A stretch of 63,658 bases of DNA, filler included, from Octopus bimaculoides (lineage: Eukaryota): NCBI RefSeq assembly GCF_001194135.2. It is 6 parts of 6 records of this genome, joined end to end, with 100 filler letters (N's around TTAATTAATTAA, not from the genome) between each part and the next. Parts side by side here need not be neighbours in the genome. Positions count along the whole stretch, not along the records: positions 9,403 to 31,142 come from NC_068994.1; positions 31,243 to 44,769 come from NC_068983.1; 4 more parts are not named here. One strand, written 5' to 3'. The stretch's first letter is position 1, and the number at the start of each line of letters is the position of its first letter. The translations under genes and the position numbers were made by a program. The notes beneath the pieces were generated by a model. That model was given only the letters and a program-made list of their open reading frames with translations. It was not told where the DNA came from and ran no database searches. This document shows, one piece after another, positions 24,441-37,340 of this stretch.

Positions 24441-25618
24441 TAATGTGGTAGCATTGTTGGTAGTGGAAGCGACGATAGTCTTGTTAGGGACAATAGTGGT
24501 GGTGGCAATAGTAATAGTGGTGGTGGTGATGGTCGTTTTGTTGTTGTGGTGGTAGTAGAGTTAGCTGTAATTGTGGTGTTAGCAGTAGAGATGATTATAA
24601 TGATGGTGGTGATAGTGGTGGTGGTGTCAGTGATAGAGATGGTTTCATCAGTGGTGGCGGTGGTGGTGGTGACAGTGGTGGTGGTGATGGTGGTGGTGGT
24701 AACGGTGGCAATGATGGTGACGGTGGTGATGGTGGTAGTAGTGGTGGTGGTGGTGGTGATAGTGGTGGTTATGGTAGTAGTGGCAGTAGATCGTGCTAGA
24801 GATGTTGGTGTTAGTGTTGGTGGCAGCGGTTAGCAGCAACTGCACCACCACCACCACCACCACTCCCACCACAAGCCCCGACCGCACCTCCCCAGCCACC
24901 CCTAGTCACCTCCCCTCCTCCCCCACTCACTTCCACCACCTCCTCGTCACCATCCTTCACCTCAACATGTCACTCTGATTCAAAAGATACAGATTTACGT
25001 CTGGGGATAAAAAGATCAATATTGCTGATAAGGTGGGATAGTATTGATTTTTAGGGTTGTTTTTTGTTGTTGTTTATGCACTACCAGCTTCTTCCCCCAT
25101 CCATTTACCTGTTAACGATCTTATTCACCTGATCTTTCTGGGGTCTTTTCTTTGCCATTGTAATCTCCTTGCCTCCCACCCTCCTCGATTTCGCCCCTCC
25201 CCTTCTTCTTCTTCTTCTTCTTCTTCTTCTTCTTTGGCTTATTGTTCTTCTTCTTCTTCTTCTTCTTCTTCTTCTTTTTCTTCTTCTTCTTCTTCTTCTT
25301 CTTCTTCTTTGGCTTATTGTTCTTCTTCTTCTTCTTCTTCTTCTTCTTCTTCTTCTTTGGCTTATTGTTCTTCTTCTTCTTCTTCTTCTTCTTCTTCTTC
25401 TTCTTCTTCTTCTTCTTCTTCAATTTCTTTCTCTGCCTTATTGTTCTTGTTCATCTCTTCTTTTCCTTCATTCATGACTGTGTGGTAAAGGAGTTTGCTT
25501 CCCAGCGATATGGTTCTGTGTTCAGTTCCATTGCATGGCACCTTGGGTAAGTGTCTTCTGCTATAGCCTTGGGTCAACCAAAACCTTGTGAGAGGATTTG
25601 GTAGAAGCCCATTGTGAG

Positions 25619-25668
<50 letters not shown>

Positions 25669-26427
25669 TGTGTATGTGTGTGTGTGTGTGTGTGAGCGTG
25701 TGCACGCATGTATTGGTGTTTGTATAATGCACACACACATGCATGCACTCACACATACACACATACATGCACACACACATGCATGTATACATGCATACAT
25801 ACATGCATACACACATGTGCATATGCACATATGTGCACACATGCATGCATACACATGCGTGCACACACAAACACTCACTCGCACATATACACACATGCAT
25901 GCACACATGCACACACATACACACCACACACACACAGACATACACACACACACTCACACATATATATATATATACACACATATATATGGTCAAGCTAGAA
26001 TTAAATAAAGTCACAGAAAGTAACATTGAATAAATCATTTGTGCAAAGTCATATTTACCACATGGTCTAAGAATGACGCTATTGGATGGTAGGCTGCTTG
26101 TGTCTCTGCATTCCTTTTTGTCATCATCTACAAACACTAAATCTGCCAGTTGATAAAGTGAAAGAATACAGAAATACTCGCATCCAATGGCCTAGGGATG
26201 TCATTCATAGCCCAATGTGTTTTTATACAAGTTATCTAAGAGGAGAATTTTCTTCCATTATTATTTTGCAGTGAAAGGTCTTCTCATATTTGAGTGTACT
26301 TGAATGTGTTAAACATTATTCAACTTATTTCAAGATTTCTAGCCAACAGAGAAAGAACCGGTTTCTAACCTAGATCCAAGGCTCCTTCATTGGAATTTCA
26401 ACATCAACAACAAGGTATTTTTGTTTG

Positions 26428-26461
<34 letters not shown>

Positions 26462-28749
26462 TGTGCAGATTTTTATGTTCATAATGTTTGTGTATTTTGG
26501 TTTTCCAGAAGAGTTGTGTTTGCCCATAGTCAGATATAGTTTACAATCAAAAACTTAATCTACTGACTTAAACCTTTTTCTCTCTGTGAAGTGGAGGCCA
26601 TCAATGAGATTTCTCTGCTGTTTTCAACTCTGTGCAATGAAAAGTAGAGTGATCACCATCTCCCAGGTTTTGCTGGTTGTAAAACTGCTTTTTCCTAGGT
26701 GTTAAATGTAAATCCATTTCATATTAGTCTGGCCTCTGCCCTTTCACTTGTCCAGCGTGGGAGACTCTACCATAAGCTTACACTCTGCTGGCATACCTCT
26801 CAGAGTAAGTGAGGTACATAAACTACCAAAACTGCAACAAGAACTGGATTCTGTCATGGGTAGCTTTAAAAACGTTAATCAGTTAGATTGATACTAATGG
26901 TGATTTTCAAACAGCAATTTTTAATTAAGCTTTTTATTCTTTTCTGAATTTATCCATGTGTTTAGACACTCATGTTATAGGAAACTGTTAAGCTATTGTC
27001 TCACTCTACAATACAGAAATGAGAAGGGTGGTTGTGGTTTGCTTGCTGAGAGTGTCTAAGATGAAAGAAAAACTTAACTTCAGTTTCATCAAAGCACCTC
27101 ATTTAAATGTAAATATTGGACTACTCTTTTCTTGGCCCAAAAGGAACCATTATAAAATAAGAATGACTTTCTGATAATCTGCTAATAGTAAATATTTACT
27201 GAAACTTCAGGGCTTCCAAGTAGTATTCCACTACATCAAATTTGGTAACTCAACAGAGCATTTTATTTTATATTCTGCAAAACAACCTGATAACTGTGGC
27301 GCTGCAGTTTAAATAAACTACTTTTGTAGAATTTCTAATCTTAAAGTTTTAGCTTTAAGATTACTCTCTAAAACATAATACTTATTTATTCATATTTGTT
27401 TTAATTAATCATGCATTGTCTTCCATTTTGAGATTTCAATGCTGTGATTGTATATTTTTAGAATGACATTGCATGATAGGCATGAAAGGCCGAATCTGGC
27501 TAGTTTGAACATAAAACATGTAGAATATTTTTGCTGGATATGGCCAGTTTAAATACTAAAACTGTTATGGTTAATCAAGCCATTTACAAGGTTACTGATG
27601 AAAACCACTTTGTTTTGGAAGGTGTTTGTTAAACTATACATAGGATTAGATACGAATCTGTGAACTTGGTCAGTAGGAGTATTATAAAACGTAGATAGAG
27701 CAAGTTGGTTGTCACAAGTAATATAAGATAATAAGATATACATATAGCAAGTTTTCTATGCTTAGAGAAGAGTTAGGTTTTGTTGCTGTGTTTTACAATG
27801 TTAAAAGCAATGATACTAATATGATAGTCTCTGCGTTTATGATATCATGAGTGTCAGCAATGTTTTTGAAATATTTTTTATTATGTTGTTTGACATGTTT
27901 AGAGAGTGTACGTCTATTTAGTTTGCTTGTTTGTATCAGGATGTTTGAGGATTGTCTGTGTGATTTCATGCGATTATCTAAAGGGTTTTTAAAAAAGGCA
28001 TTTGTAGTGTATGGGAATTGATCTATTTGAACAAGTTGAATTCAAATGTGATCATTAATCTGGGAAGAAAGGCACTTCCATGTTCTAAAGCCACACTTGT
28101 CAATAATAGCATTGAGTTGGTTGTAATTTTTGAAAGAACACTTTCCAGCCTAAGGGTTTGATGACACTTAGTTTCCACTATGATATACATTTCATGATCC
28201 CAACAAAACAAGATGTTGTTTATGCCTATCTGAGAAATTACATATTTTTGTACAAATACCCAGATAGATAAATGAATCAAGGACCTTACCTTTATGTGGC
28301 AAACTGATACTAGAAATTAGCAGAATTCCCAATATTTTTGACTGATTCCATTACTTTGTGAGGTCAGTTACTACATTTCACCAGCTTTACAAGCAGTAAC
28401 AATTTGTTATGGCTTTTTTGTCAATCATTGATGATGGAATTGCACCAGTTATCATTTTACTGGACTAAGTGTTAGAAACACAAGGAGATAGCTGCAGAGA
28501 ATATATTTAAATATGTGTATATATTTAGCTTAATATGTATAACAATATTTTCTTTTCTATGTCTTTTCCCATTAGCCATCAATACATTTCTATGCCATTT
28601 CTATGTTTTATATGAAGATATTTTCATGTTTTATATATAACATTTCTAATTTCTATGCTTTGTATAGAATGTTTATGTTTGAGATTTGTTACTTGTATTT
28701 GTAATAATAAACAGGTGAAGAAATAATGGACACATTTTGCTAATGTCTC

Positions 28750-30780
28750 ATTCTTGCCATTTGTCCATTAATTCCCAGGCTGTGTTTTTTTTTTTAGCAC
28801 TATTGACACTGTTGGATTGAACAGTACAGCCCAAGTGTTGAAACCATAATGATATCTGTTCAGCTGCTGGTGATCAGCATAAATATTTGATGTGTTTGTT
28901 ATCTACGAAGCTTTTATATCTTGTGAACTTGTTCTAAGTTGTCCTTCATTCCCAAATGATTGAACTTGTTAAAAGATTCTTGGTTTCTTGGTTTATGGTG
29001 GTTTTTATATTACACCATATTGCCTGATGGCCCTTCATTGGGATCCTAATTATGGCTAGGGTAATACTTATTTTAGGGTTTCTGCTTTAGGGAGGTTTTG
29101 TTACATTTATCCTTATATTTTTGCTTTAAACTCGAATTCAGTTCCTGCTAAATGAACTCAGTGCAAAGATGCATTCCATGAAAACAATATTTATGTTACA
29201 TTTGTAAGATATACATTTCTCTTATCGCTCCAATACTAATTTGTATTAGTGTTGTATCGCCAATTGTTATGATGATACTTTTTTACACTATAACTGTGTA
29301 GTAACAATGAAATATATAACAAAGTTGGGTAACAACAATGTAATAATCCAACAAAACTCTCCATGAACTATACACGAAACAACAAACGATGTCCCAACAA
29401 ACTACCAAAATGACACCTTATGAATTCCTGTGATTAATACCTACTCTCTCTTTCTTTATTTTGGCACTATGGCCATTCACACAGAGGGGATAGCACAAGG
29501 ACAGACAGAACACTATAGTGGGGACAAAAAACACAAAATGAATGAAAATGAAAAAGCTGTTATATAATAATGAAAATGAAATGACTGCATGAGCCCCACT
29601 CTCATGCAGTACCATTTGAACATTTAAATGCGCAGTTTATAATCTTTTTTCCTTTGTTTTTTCCATTATCATCGTTTTTTTCCTTTGTTTTTTCCATTAT
29701 CATCGTTTTTTTTCCTTTTTTTTTAATGAAATAATTATACTTACTTTTTTTTCAATATCTCATAAATGGTTCTAGTTCTTTTAACTCTACCACTGGTGGC
29801 AGTTTATCAAATTCCACCAACTCCCGGTGGATCGATGCCCCTTCCACACATTTGCTGTAGCAAATTATATCTATCTTTATCGACTACAATAGCCTTTACA
29901 TTTTCCAAGCAAATATCCGTAGGCAACCCCACCCTTATAATGGATTTGAACTCATTATTTTTCTCTCAGTTTCCGTGGTCCTAGCACATGTGATAAAATT
30001 CCACCCATGCTCCCTCCCCCTTCTCGCCTGTTTTCCCCTTCCCTGCTCCACTCTTGGCACCCTCCCTCTGTCCCTATCCTCCTCCATTCTGGTTAATGTT
30101 GCTTTTACACCCTCATGTTGACCGTCTAAATCTTTCTCCTCCACTGGTATAGCCAGTGCCCCTGCCACTGTCTCCTCCTTCTCAAACTCCTCCTCGAGCT
30201 CCTTCTCCAGCTCCTTCTCAATCACGCTCTCACCTTCCTCCTTTTCGACCTCCTTCTCAACCTCTTCCTCAACCTCCTTATCCATGTCTTTTTTTCTTTT
30301 TCTGCCTCTCCGGCAGAGAGCTTACGCTTTCACTTCTTTATAGCTTTTTGACCACTGTGAATTCCTCCTCTGATTCTTGCCGTCTCCTTTACTGCTACTA
30401 TTTATAGTCATTTGGTTAGTCCATCTCCTCTACAGCAACAAACCTGTTTCTACTTTCATTCTTAATCACTCTCTCTCCCTCCTTCTCTTGTTCTTAACTC
30501 TGGCTAAGTAACCATGAAACTCCTTTTCAGCAACACGTCTCCTTCTTGTCAACTCCTCCTCTCTAAGAAACTATGTCCCTCCTCTTCAGCAGAATACCTG
30601 TTTCTGCCCTCATTTTTGTTAACTCTCACTCTCTTTCTCTCCCTCTTTTCTTCCCTCTCTCCCCTCTCTCTCTCTGGCTGGGTGACCATGTACCTCCTCT
30701 GTAGAGAGACATCTGTTTCTATCCCTCTGTCACATTCTAACCTTTCATCATCTGACACATGATCACCTCCTCCAGTGCCT
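28750..30780 (-). mobile_element. Probable decayed LINE (Glu-rich ORF1-like stretch, LINE-type 3' tail, possible APE remnants)
   Basis: Glu-rich ORF 29935-30285; tail tgtctgtccttgtgctatcccctctgtgtg...aataaagaaa at ~29445-29515; ILFSWNAS and YADH-like fragments near 29180 and 28870. Motifs are weak and more than one element may be involved. Confidence 0.35.
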
Positions 30781-32680
30781 CCTCCCCTCTCAAAGTCTCC
30801 TTGTCTTGCAAAGTTATTCGGTGAGCCTGCCAGTGTAGGTGCCACTTACAAAGCATCCAGTCCACACTGTAAAGTGGTTGGCATTTGGAAGGGCATAGAG
30901 GTGTAAAAACCATGCCAAAACTAGCCTTACCTGTACGAGTACAACATAAAAAGCACTCATCCCACCATATGGAGTGGTTGGTGTTAGGAAGGGCATCGAG
31001 CCATAAAATCCATGCCAAAACAGACGCAGAAGCATAGTGCAGGCAGGCTTCTGCCTGGCCAGCTCCTGTCAAATCATCCTACCCATGCCAGTATGGAAGG
31101 AGGACACGAAACAATGATGAGGATGATATATATATATATATANNNNNNNNNNNNNNNNNNNNNNNNNNNNNNNNNNNNNNNNNNNNTTAATTAATTAANN
31201 NNNNNNNNNNNNNNNNNNNNNNNNNNNNNNNNNNNNNNNNNNTTTATTTATTTATTTATTATATCTTTCTCCTTTTTCTTCCTCTGTTTAGACGAACTTT
31301 CCTACCTTTTCGGACAAAACCTTTTGTAACCTTCGTCCTGTCTTTGTCCTTACATGTTTTAATTGATATTAGCCCTTGTGGCCAATAAAACGAATTAATT
31401 ATTATTATTACTATTATTATTATTATTATTATTATTATTATCATCATCATCATCATCATCATCAACATCATCATTGGTATTATTGTTTTTATGTGTAGTA
31501 GTAGCAGTGGTTGCAGCAACAGCAACAGTAACAGGGGTGGGGGTAGTGGCAAAGGTGATAGTTGGGCCTCAGATTCCTGTGCTATCATAATAGTAATAGT
31601 TGTAGTATTATTGTAGTATTAGTAGTATTTAATATCAGCAGCTGTAGTATATTATTATTATTTTCCTTCTTTTCATTATCACCATCACCACCACTAGTTG
31701 GGCAGCAGATTGGTGAATAGATCATATTGAGCAGGTCTATAAATGGATTCGGCAGATGGTGGAGAGGTCAGCCATAGAGACAAAAGGATCTTTGCACTCC
31801 TCCTGTTCAGCAGAGGTCAAATGCGTTTACTACTACCAGTGGCCGTTGACAGCGCTGCCTTGAAAAGAAGTGATTCAACCTGTTCTAGTCCATCGTTCTT
31901 TGGTTGGTTGTGTTATGGTTTCGTTTTTACAGTATTTACTTTTTGACAGGACAACGGTCATTGACATGTGTTGATGTTTCTTTCGTATTCACAATTATTA
32001 TAGATGTGCAAGCCGGATACCGATAAGAGACAGCAATGTGCCTAGCCACCTACACTTTTCTCTGCAAAATAGGGATAGTTTATCCTGTTCAGGTTATATT
32101 ATTAGCATTATTCTGCGATTGAGAATTTAAAATCACTTCTTTAACTTTCTAAAAGACATCTCAACGCTTCTAAAAGCAAACTTCGTTTGTTTATTTACGT
32201 TTGTCGTAATTTGAATTTTNNNNNNNNNNNNNNNNNNNNNNNNNNNNNNNNNNNNNNNNNNNNNNNNNNNNNNNNNNNNNNNNNNNNNNNNNNNNNNNNN
32301 NNNNNNNNNNNNNNNNNNNNNNNNNNNNNNNNNNNNNNNNNNNNNNNNNNNNNNNNNNNNNNNNNNNNNNNNNNNNNNNNNNNNNNNNNNNNNNNNNNNN
32401 NNNNNNNNNNNNNAGTATAACGCTCGGGAAGTGAAAAAGTCTTTAACCTTTTGAGCCTACGCTCTTCCACAGAAAGGAACACAGAAAGAAACAAGGAGAG
32501 AAAATAAAGAATGTGTAGTGGCTAGCGATCTATCATGGCGAATGCCGGACAGAAGGGTCACACAGGAGAGCTAGGAAGAAAGGGAGATAATAGAGTAGTG
32601 GTGATCCCAAAGCGAAGGTGCGCGTGTGTGTTTATAAGAGAGTTTGTATGTGCGTGTGGAAGAGGGCTGGTGACCTTGAC

Positions 32681-32713
<33 letters not shown>

Positions 32714-33339
32714 GGCGTGAAAATGTGGAGCTGGGAAGTGGTCAGTGCTGGTGTGTACGTCGTGGTGTGTTGTGATGTGGTGTGTTGTGATGTGGTGTGT
32801 TGTGTGGTATGTTGGTGTATAGTGTAGTGGTGTGTGGTGTGGTGTGATGGTGTTGGGAAGTGGGGGAGACGAGAGTGGGGAAAGCAAGAGTAGGGCGTTG
32901 GTTAGGCAGAGGCTGGGAGTAGAGGTGGGGTATGTGGGCGTGTGTGTGGGGGATGGGGTGGGATGGGAAGGATAGGGAAGGTGGGGTTGGAATGTGTAGG
33001 CGTGGGGTGGGCTTACGAGGGAGGAGTGACGATGAAGGGGGTAGGAGAAGGTGGGTAGGAGTGAAGAGAAGAGAGAAAGATAGTAGGACTGAAGAGAAGT
33101 GGGAGTCGGAGAAGAGATAAATATGTGAAAGGCAATTTACTCAATATTTATTTTTCACTGACGTTATTAATGTTATTTATTTATTTTCTGCAAACAAAGT
33201 GCACAAAAAAGCTACACGTTTGCATTATGTTATATACACACTAATAATAAAGGACGTTACCATATATACGTTTACAAACCAAGGACGTTATAAAGACCTC
33301 CTTGAATCAAGTTAGAGAAGGGGTACGTATTATACACAA

Positions 33340-33423
33340 GGTTTAGGTTTTTCAGAGGTACATCCCTTCTAAAAATCCACTGCGTATTATATTCAAGGGC
33401 GGACTATACTCGAGGATTTACGG
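33340..33423. mobile_element. Right terminus of a pogo/Tc2-like DNA transposon
   Basis: Ends gggcggactatactcgaggatttacgg|TA. The partner end was not found. Confidence 0.45.
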
Positions 33424-33838
33424 TATTAAAGAATGTGAATACAAATCCAAATTGAGGGAATGGAGCAGGTAAAATCCATGCTACATGTCTCTTAGATAGT
33501 AGATCCTCTGATGTAATAATTACTCAAGGAGGGGTAATCAGCTAGCTTCATATAATGAAGATACTTTCATTATATGAAGATTACATTGTCGTTAAAGAAT
33601 CCAAAGTTAACTCTTACCTATGCCACTCCCTCAGTTTAGATACATATATACATATATGTATTATTTTATCTTTTACTTTTTTATCTTTTACTTGTTCGAC
33701 ATTACACTGCAGCCATGCTGGAGCACCATCTTCAGGCATTTTAGTCGAACTAGTTGACACATATATTTCTGTTTTTAAAATCTGGTGCTTATTCAGTTTC
33801 TTTTGCTGAACCTCTAAGTTATATATATATATATATAT

Positions 33839-34870
33839 GAGGCGCAATGGCCCAGTGGTTAGGGCAGCGGACTCGCGGTCGTAGGATCGCGGTTTCGATT
33901 CCCAGACCGGGAGTTGTGAGTGTTTATTGAGCGAATACACCTTAAGCTCCACGTGGCTCCGGCAGGGGATGGTGACGAACCCTGCTGTACTCTTTCACCA
34001 CAACTTTCTCTCACTCTTTCTTCCTGTTTCTTGAGTAACGCTGCGATGGACTGGCGTCCCGTCCAGCTGGGAGGAACCNNNNNNNNNNNNNNNNNNNNNN
34101 NNNNNNNNNNNNNNNNNNNNNNNNNNNNNNNNNNNNNNNNNNNNNNNNNNNNNNNNNNNNNNNNNNNNNNNNNNNNNNNNNNNNNNNNNNNNNNNNNNNN
34201 NNNNNNNNNNNNNNNNNNNNNNNNNNNNNNNNNNNNNNNNNNNNNNNNNNNNNNNNNNNNNNNNNNNNNNNNNNNNNNNNNNNNNNNNNNNNNNNNNNNN
34301 NNNNNNNNNNNNNNNNNNNNNNNNNNNNNNNNNNNNNNNNNNNNNNNNNNNNNNNNNNNNNNNNNNNNNNNNNNNNNNNNNNNNNNNNNNNNNNNNNNNN
34401 NNNNNNNNNNNNNNNNNNNNNNNNNNNNNNNNNNNNNNNNNNNNNNNNNNNNNNNNNNNNNNNNNNNNNNNNNNNNNNNNNNNNNNNNNNNNNNNNNNNN
34501 NNNNNNNNNNNNNNNNNNNNNNNNNNNNNNNNNNNNNNNNNNNNNNNNNNNNNNNNNNNNNNNNNNNNTATATATATATGAGGCGCAATGGCCCAGTGGT
34601 TAGGGCAGCGGACTCGCGGTCGTAGGATCGCGGTTTCGATTCCCAGACCGGGCGTTGTGAGTATTTATTTGAACGAAAACACCTAAGCTCCACGAGGCTC
34701 CGGCTGGGGGTGGTGGCGACCCCTGTTGTGCTCTTTCGCCCCAACTTTCTCTCACTCTTTCTTCCTGTTTCTTGAGTAACGCTGCGATGGACTGGCGTCC
34801 CGTCCAGCTGGGAGGAACCCATACGCCATAGAAACCGGATTCATGAGCCTGGCTAGGCTTTGAAAGGGTG
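33839..34870 (+). mobile_element. Two copies of head 1 + tail B SINE flanking a gap (33839-34078, 34579-34870)
   Basis: Head identical to the 3067 type with CpGs retained; tail gagtaacgctgcgatggactggcgtcccgtccagctgggaggaacc. Confidence 0.8.
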
Positions 34871-35423
34871 CATAAATAAATAAATTAATTAATTAATTAA
34901 TATATATATAATATATACGTAATCGGTTTTTGAAATTGTGAGATTTTCGCCATGAACGGATTGTATTTTTAACCCGAGTGTGTTTTTTCTGGTGTTATAT
35001 TTATTTTTTCCTGAAGATGTGTAAAGGAATTTTGATTTATTAAGTCACTTAATGAATTTTTTCTTTATACTGAAATATATATTGAAGAAGATAAATATGT
35101 TCATTTAATATATACGTTTGTGCGTCGTAACTCCTCGTATATACATATGAATCACAAAGCAGAAAAGGTTGGAAGAACAAGGATTTAGCTAAAATCGGTC
35201 ACAGATGTAAGTTATATAAACAGGATGGCAAAATTTTTACCGTCAGATATTCTCACACTTGAAACAAGTAATTCAAGTATGTGTGATCATAGCACGTACT
35301 TTACTGAAATAAAAGAACGGGGAGGAAGGAGAGAAGTGAAGATAACATTTGAATGCTCTCAACTCGCAAATTGGACGAGTGAAGTCTGAGTTCGAATTTC
35401 AGTCATATCGGCCAGTACGCATA

Positions 35424-35563
35424 TTTTTCTGTATTCTACCATCCACCCTGCATTTTTCCTGTGCGTATATAGACGCGTATATGGAACATTTTGTGCGCAC
35501 TTGTGGATGTGTGCGTGTGTGCGGGTATGTGCGTATATAGACGTGTGTGTGTGTTTGTGTGTG

Positions 35564-35597
<34 letters not shown>

Positions 35598-35962
35598 ATG
35601 CGAGTATGTGCGTATATAGACGTGTTTTACCCTTATTGCTTTCTTTCACTTTTTCTACGCCAAAAAATATATACATACCCGCACACACACACGCGCGCAC
35701 AAAAAAGGTTCATATACACGTCTATATACGCACATGTACAAGAAAAAACAGGGCTAAAGGCAAAATACAGAAAAATGTGTAAAAAGAGCAATAATGGTAA
35801 AACACGTCTATATACGCACATACTTGCATGCATACACACACACGTCTATATACGCACATGTCCGCACACACGCACATATCCACAAGCACGCATAAAATGT
35901 TCCATATACGCATCTATATACGCACAGGAAAAATGCAGGGTGGAGGGTAGAATATAGAAAAA
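35424..35962. repeat. Long imperfect inverted repeat (arms ~35424-35645 and ~35783-35962)
   Basis: ccaccctgcatttttcctgtgcgtatatagacgcgtatatggaacatttt pairs with aaaatgttccatatacgcatctatatacgcacaggaaaaatgcagggtgg, and homology continues on both sides. Confidence 0.85.
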
Positions 35963-36252
35963 CTATGTGTAAAAAATATACGAGCAATAAACCTATAAAA
36001 CAATGTCTGTATAAATATATAAAAAAATATTTAAAAATATATAAGAAATATAAGTAAAAAGTATAGGGAGATAAAAAGCTTGTACGTGGACACAATATAG
36101 AAAGCAAGTCCTATCTGTAATCTCTGGGTGGGGAACCAAAAACGTAACAAATATTTAGCTACATGTGGACATGATCCGAAAAGTTCAGTTCTTAATAACG
36201 GTCAATCACACAATAATTTCCCTTTGTTTAACGGTTATTTTCATAGCATTTT

Positions 36253-36336
36253 TTCGATGGCCAGATAACTGAAGAGATGACGGCGTGGGTTTCCGCCCCG
36301 ACATCCGAAACTCGGAGTTTTATCATGGCTACCGAA
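36253..36336 (+). ncRNA. Type-I hammerhead ribozyme (minimal stem III), associated with a Penelope-like element
   Basis: Core CTGAAGA 36269-36275; stem II GATG/CATC plus an inner helix; GAAA 36307-36310; stem III ACT/AGT; GUU triplet 36317-36319. Stem I: GATAA/TTATC, TGGCCA/TGGCTA and TTCG/CGAA. Confidence 0.75.
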
Positions 36337-36339
36337 TAA

Positions 36340-37340
36340 TTGTCACATATTATTTACAGATATATATATCTTGTGTGTTTTCTCATCTACGTTTTGTTTG
36401 CAATGTCCTGTACCCAGATATGCACCTATACATACAGGTGGATGTCGGTATGCACATACCTGTACGTATATATGCATATACTCATTTACTATTTGTTTTT
36501 ACATGACTAAGTAATTTTCGTAACTTCATATTTTCCGACGCTACTCTATCTCTTTCTCNNNNNNNNNNNNNNNNNNNNNNNNNNNNNNNNNNNNNNNNNN
36601 NNNNNNNNNNNNNNNNNNNNNNNNNNNNNNNNNNNNNNNNNNNNNNNNNNNNNNNNNNNNNNNNNNNNNNNNNNNNNNNNNNNNNNNNNNNNNNNNNNNN
36701 NNNNNNNNNNNNNNNNNNNNNNNNNNNNNNNNNNNNNNNNNNNNNNNNNNNNNNNNNNNNNNNNNNNNNNNNNNNNNNNNNNNNNNNNNNNNNNNNNNNN
36801 NNNNNNNNNNNNNNNNNNNNNNNNNNNNNNNNNNNNNNNNNNNNNNNNNNNNNNNNNNNNNNNNNNNNNNNNNNNNNNNNNNNNNNNNNNNNNNNNNNNN
36901 NNNNNNNNNNNNNNNNNNNNNNNNNNNNNNNNNNNNNNNNNNNNNNNNNNNNNNNNNNNNNNNNNNNNNNNNNNNNNNNNNNNNNNNNNNNNNNNNNNNN
37001 NNNNNNNNNNNNNNNNNNNNNNNNNNNNNNNNNNNNNNNNNNNNNNNNNNNNNNNNNNNNNNNNNNCCACCTCTCCCCTCACCAACATTCTTTCCAGCTC
37101 TCCCCCTTGCACCTCTCCTCGCCCCTTCCCCCGCCACCCTACTCCTACGCGCTGTAGTCACTATACCACCCAACCTTCCTTTGTCCGCTGCCGAACGCTC
37201 ACTCTTCAGCAAGGGTCTTCGCTTCACACCTCTCACTTCCCACTGCGACGAATTTGACCTGCACTGACGTCAGCCATTTCCTGCGTCGCATCAAACTATG
37301 CGCGTTTTCCCACACGTCTACACAGCGTCACGACAATCGG
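36340..37340 (+). mobile_element. Penelope-like element 5' region: UTR, gap, and ORF N-terminal motif (decayed)
   Basis: NLPLSAAERSLFSKGLRFTP (37172-37231) and HFLRRIKLCAF match the PLE N-terminal pattern LS..E..LL.KGL.F.P...F.RRLRL. A related UTR lies at 56700-56900(-). Confidence 0.7.

Noticed and set aside
25121-25550. Poly-K/F/L/S ORFs
   Set aside because: Translations of a (CTT)n array with a thrice-repeated tggcttattgtt interruption.
26059-26127. AG...GT-bounded 69-nt open segment on the minus strand (DDKKECRDTSSLPSNSVILRPC)
   Set aside because: Weak polypyrimidine tract, no similarity to AGMO or any protein I recognise, and such segments arise by chance.
26724-26845. Minus-strand segment resembling an RTE 5' UTR, with CTCCCACGCTGG and CTAA boxes suggestive of an HDV-like ribozyme
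   Set aside because: I could not assemble a G1-initiated P1 or a P2 helix, so the double pseudoknot is unsupported. An Infernal/RNArobo search on the family consensus would decide it.
29935-30285. 116-aa Glu-rich ORF as a host gene
   Set aside because: Low complexity, no splice context, and embedded in LINE-like sequence.
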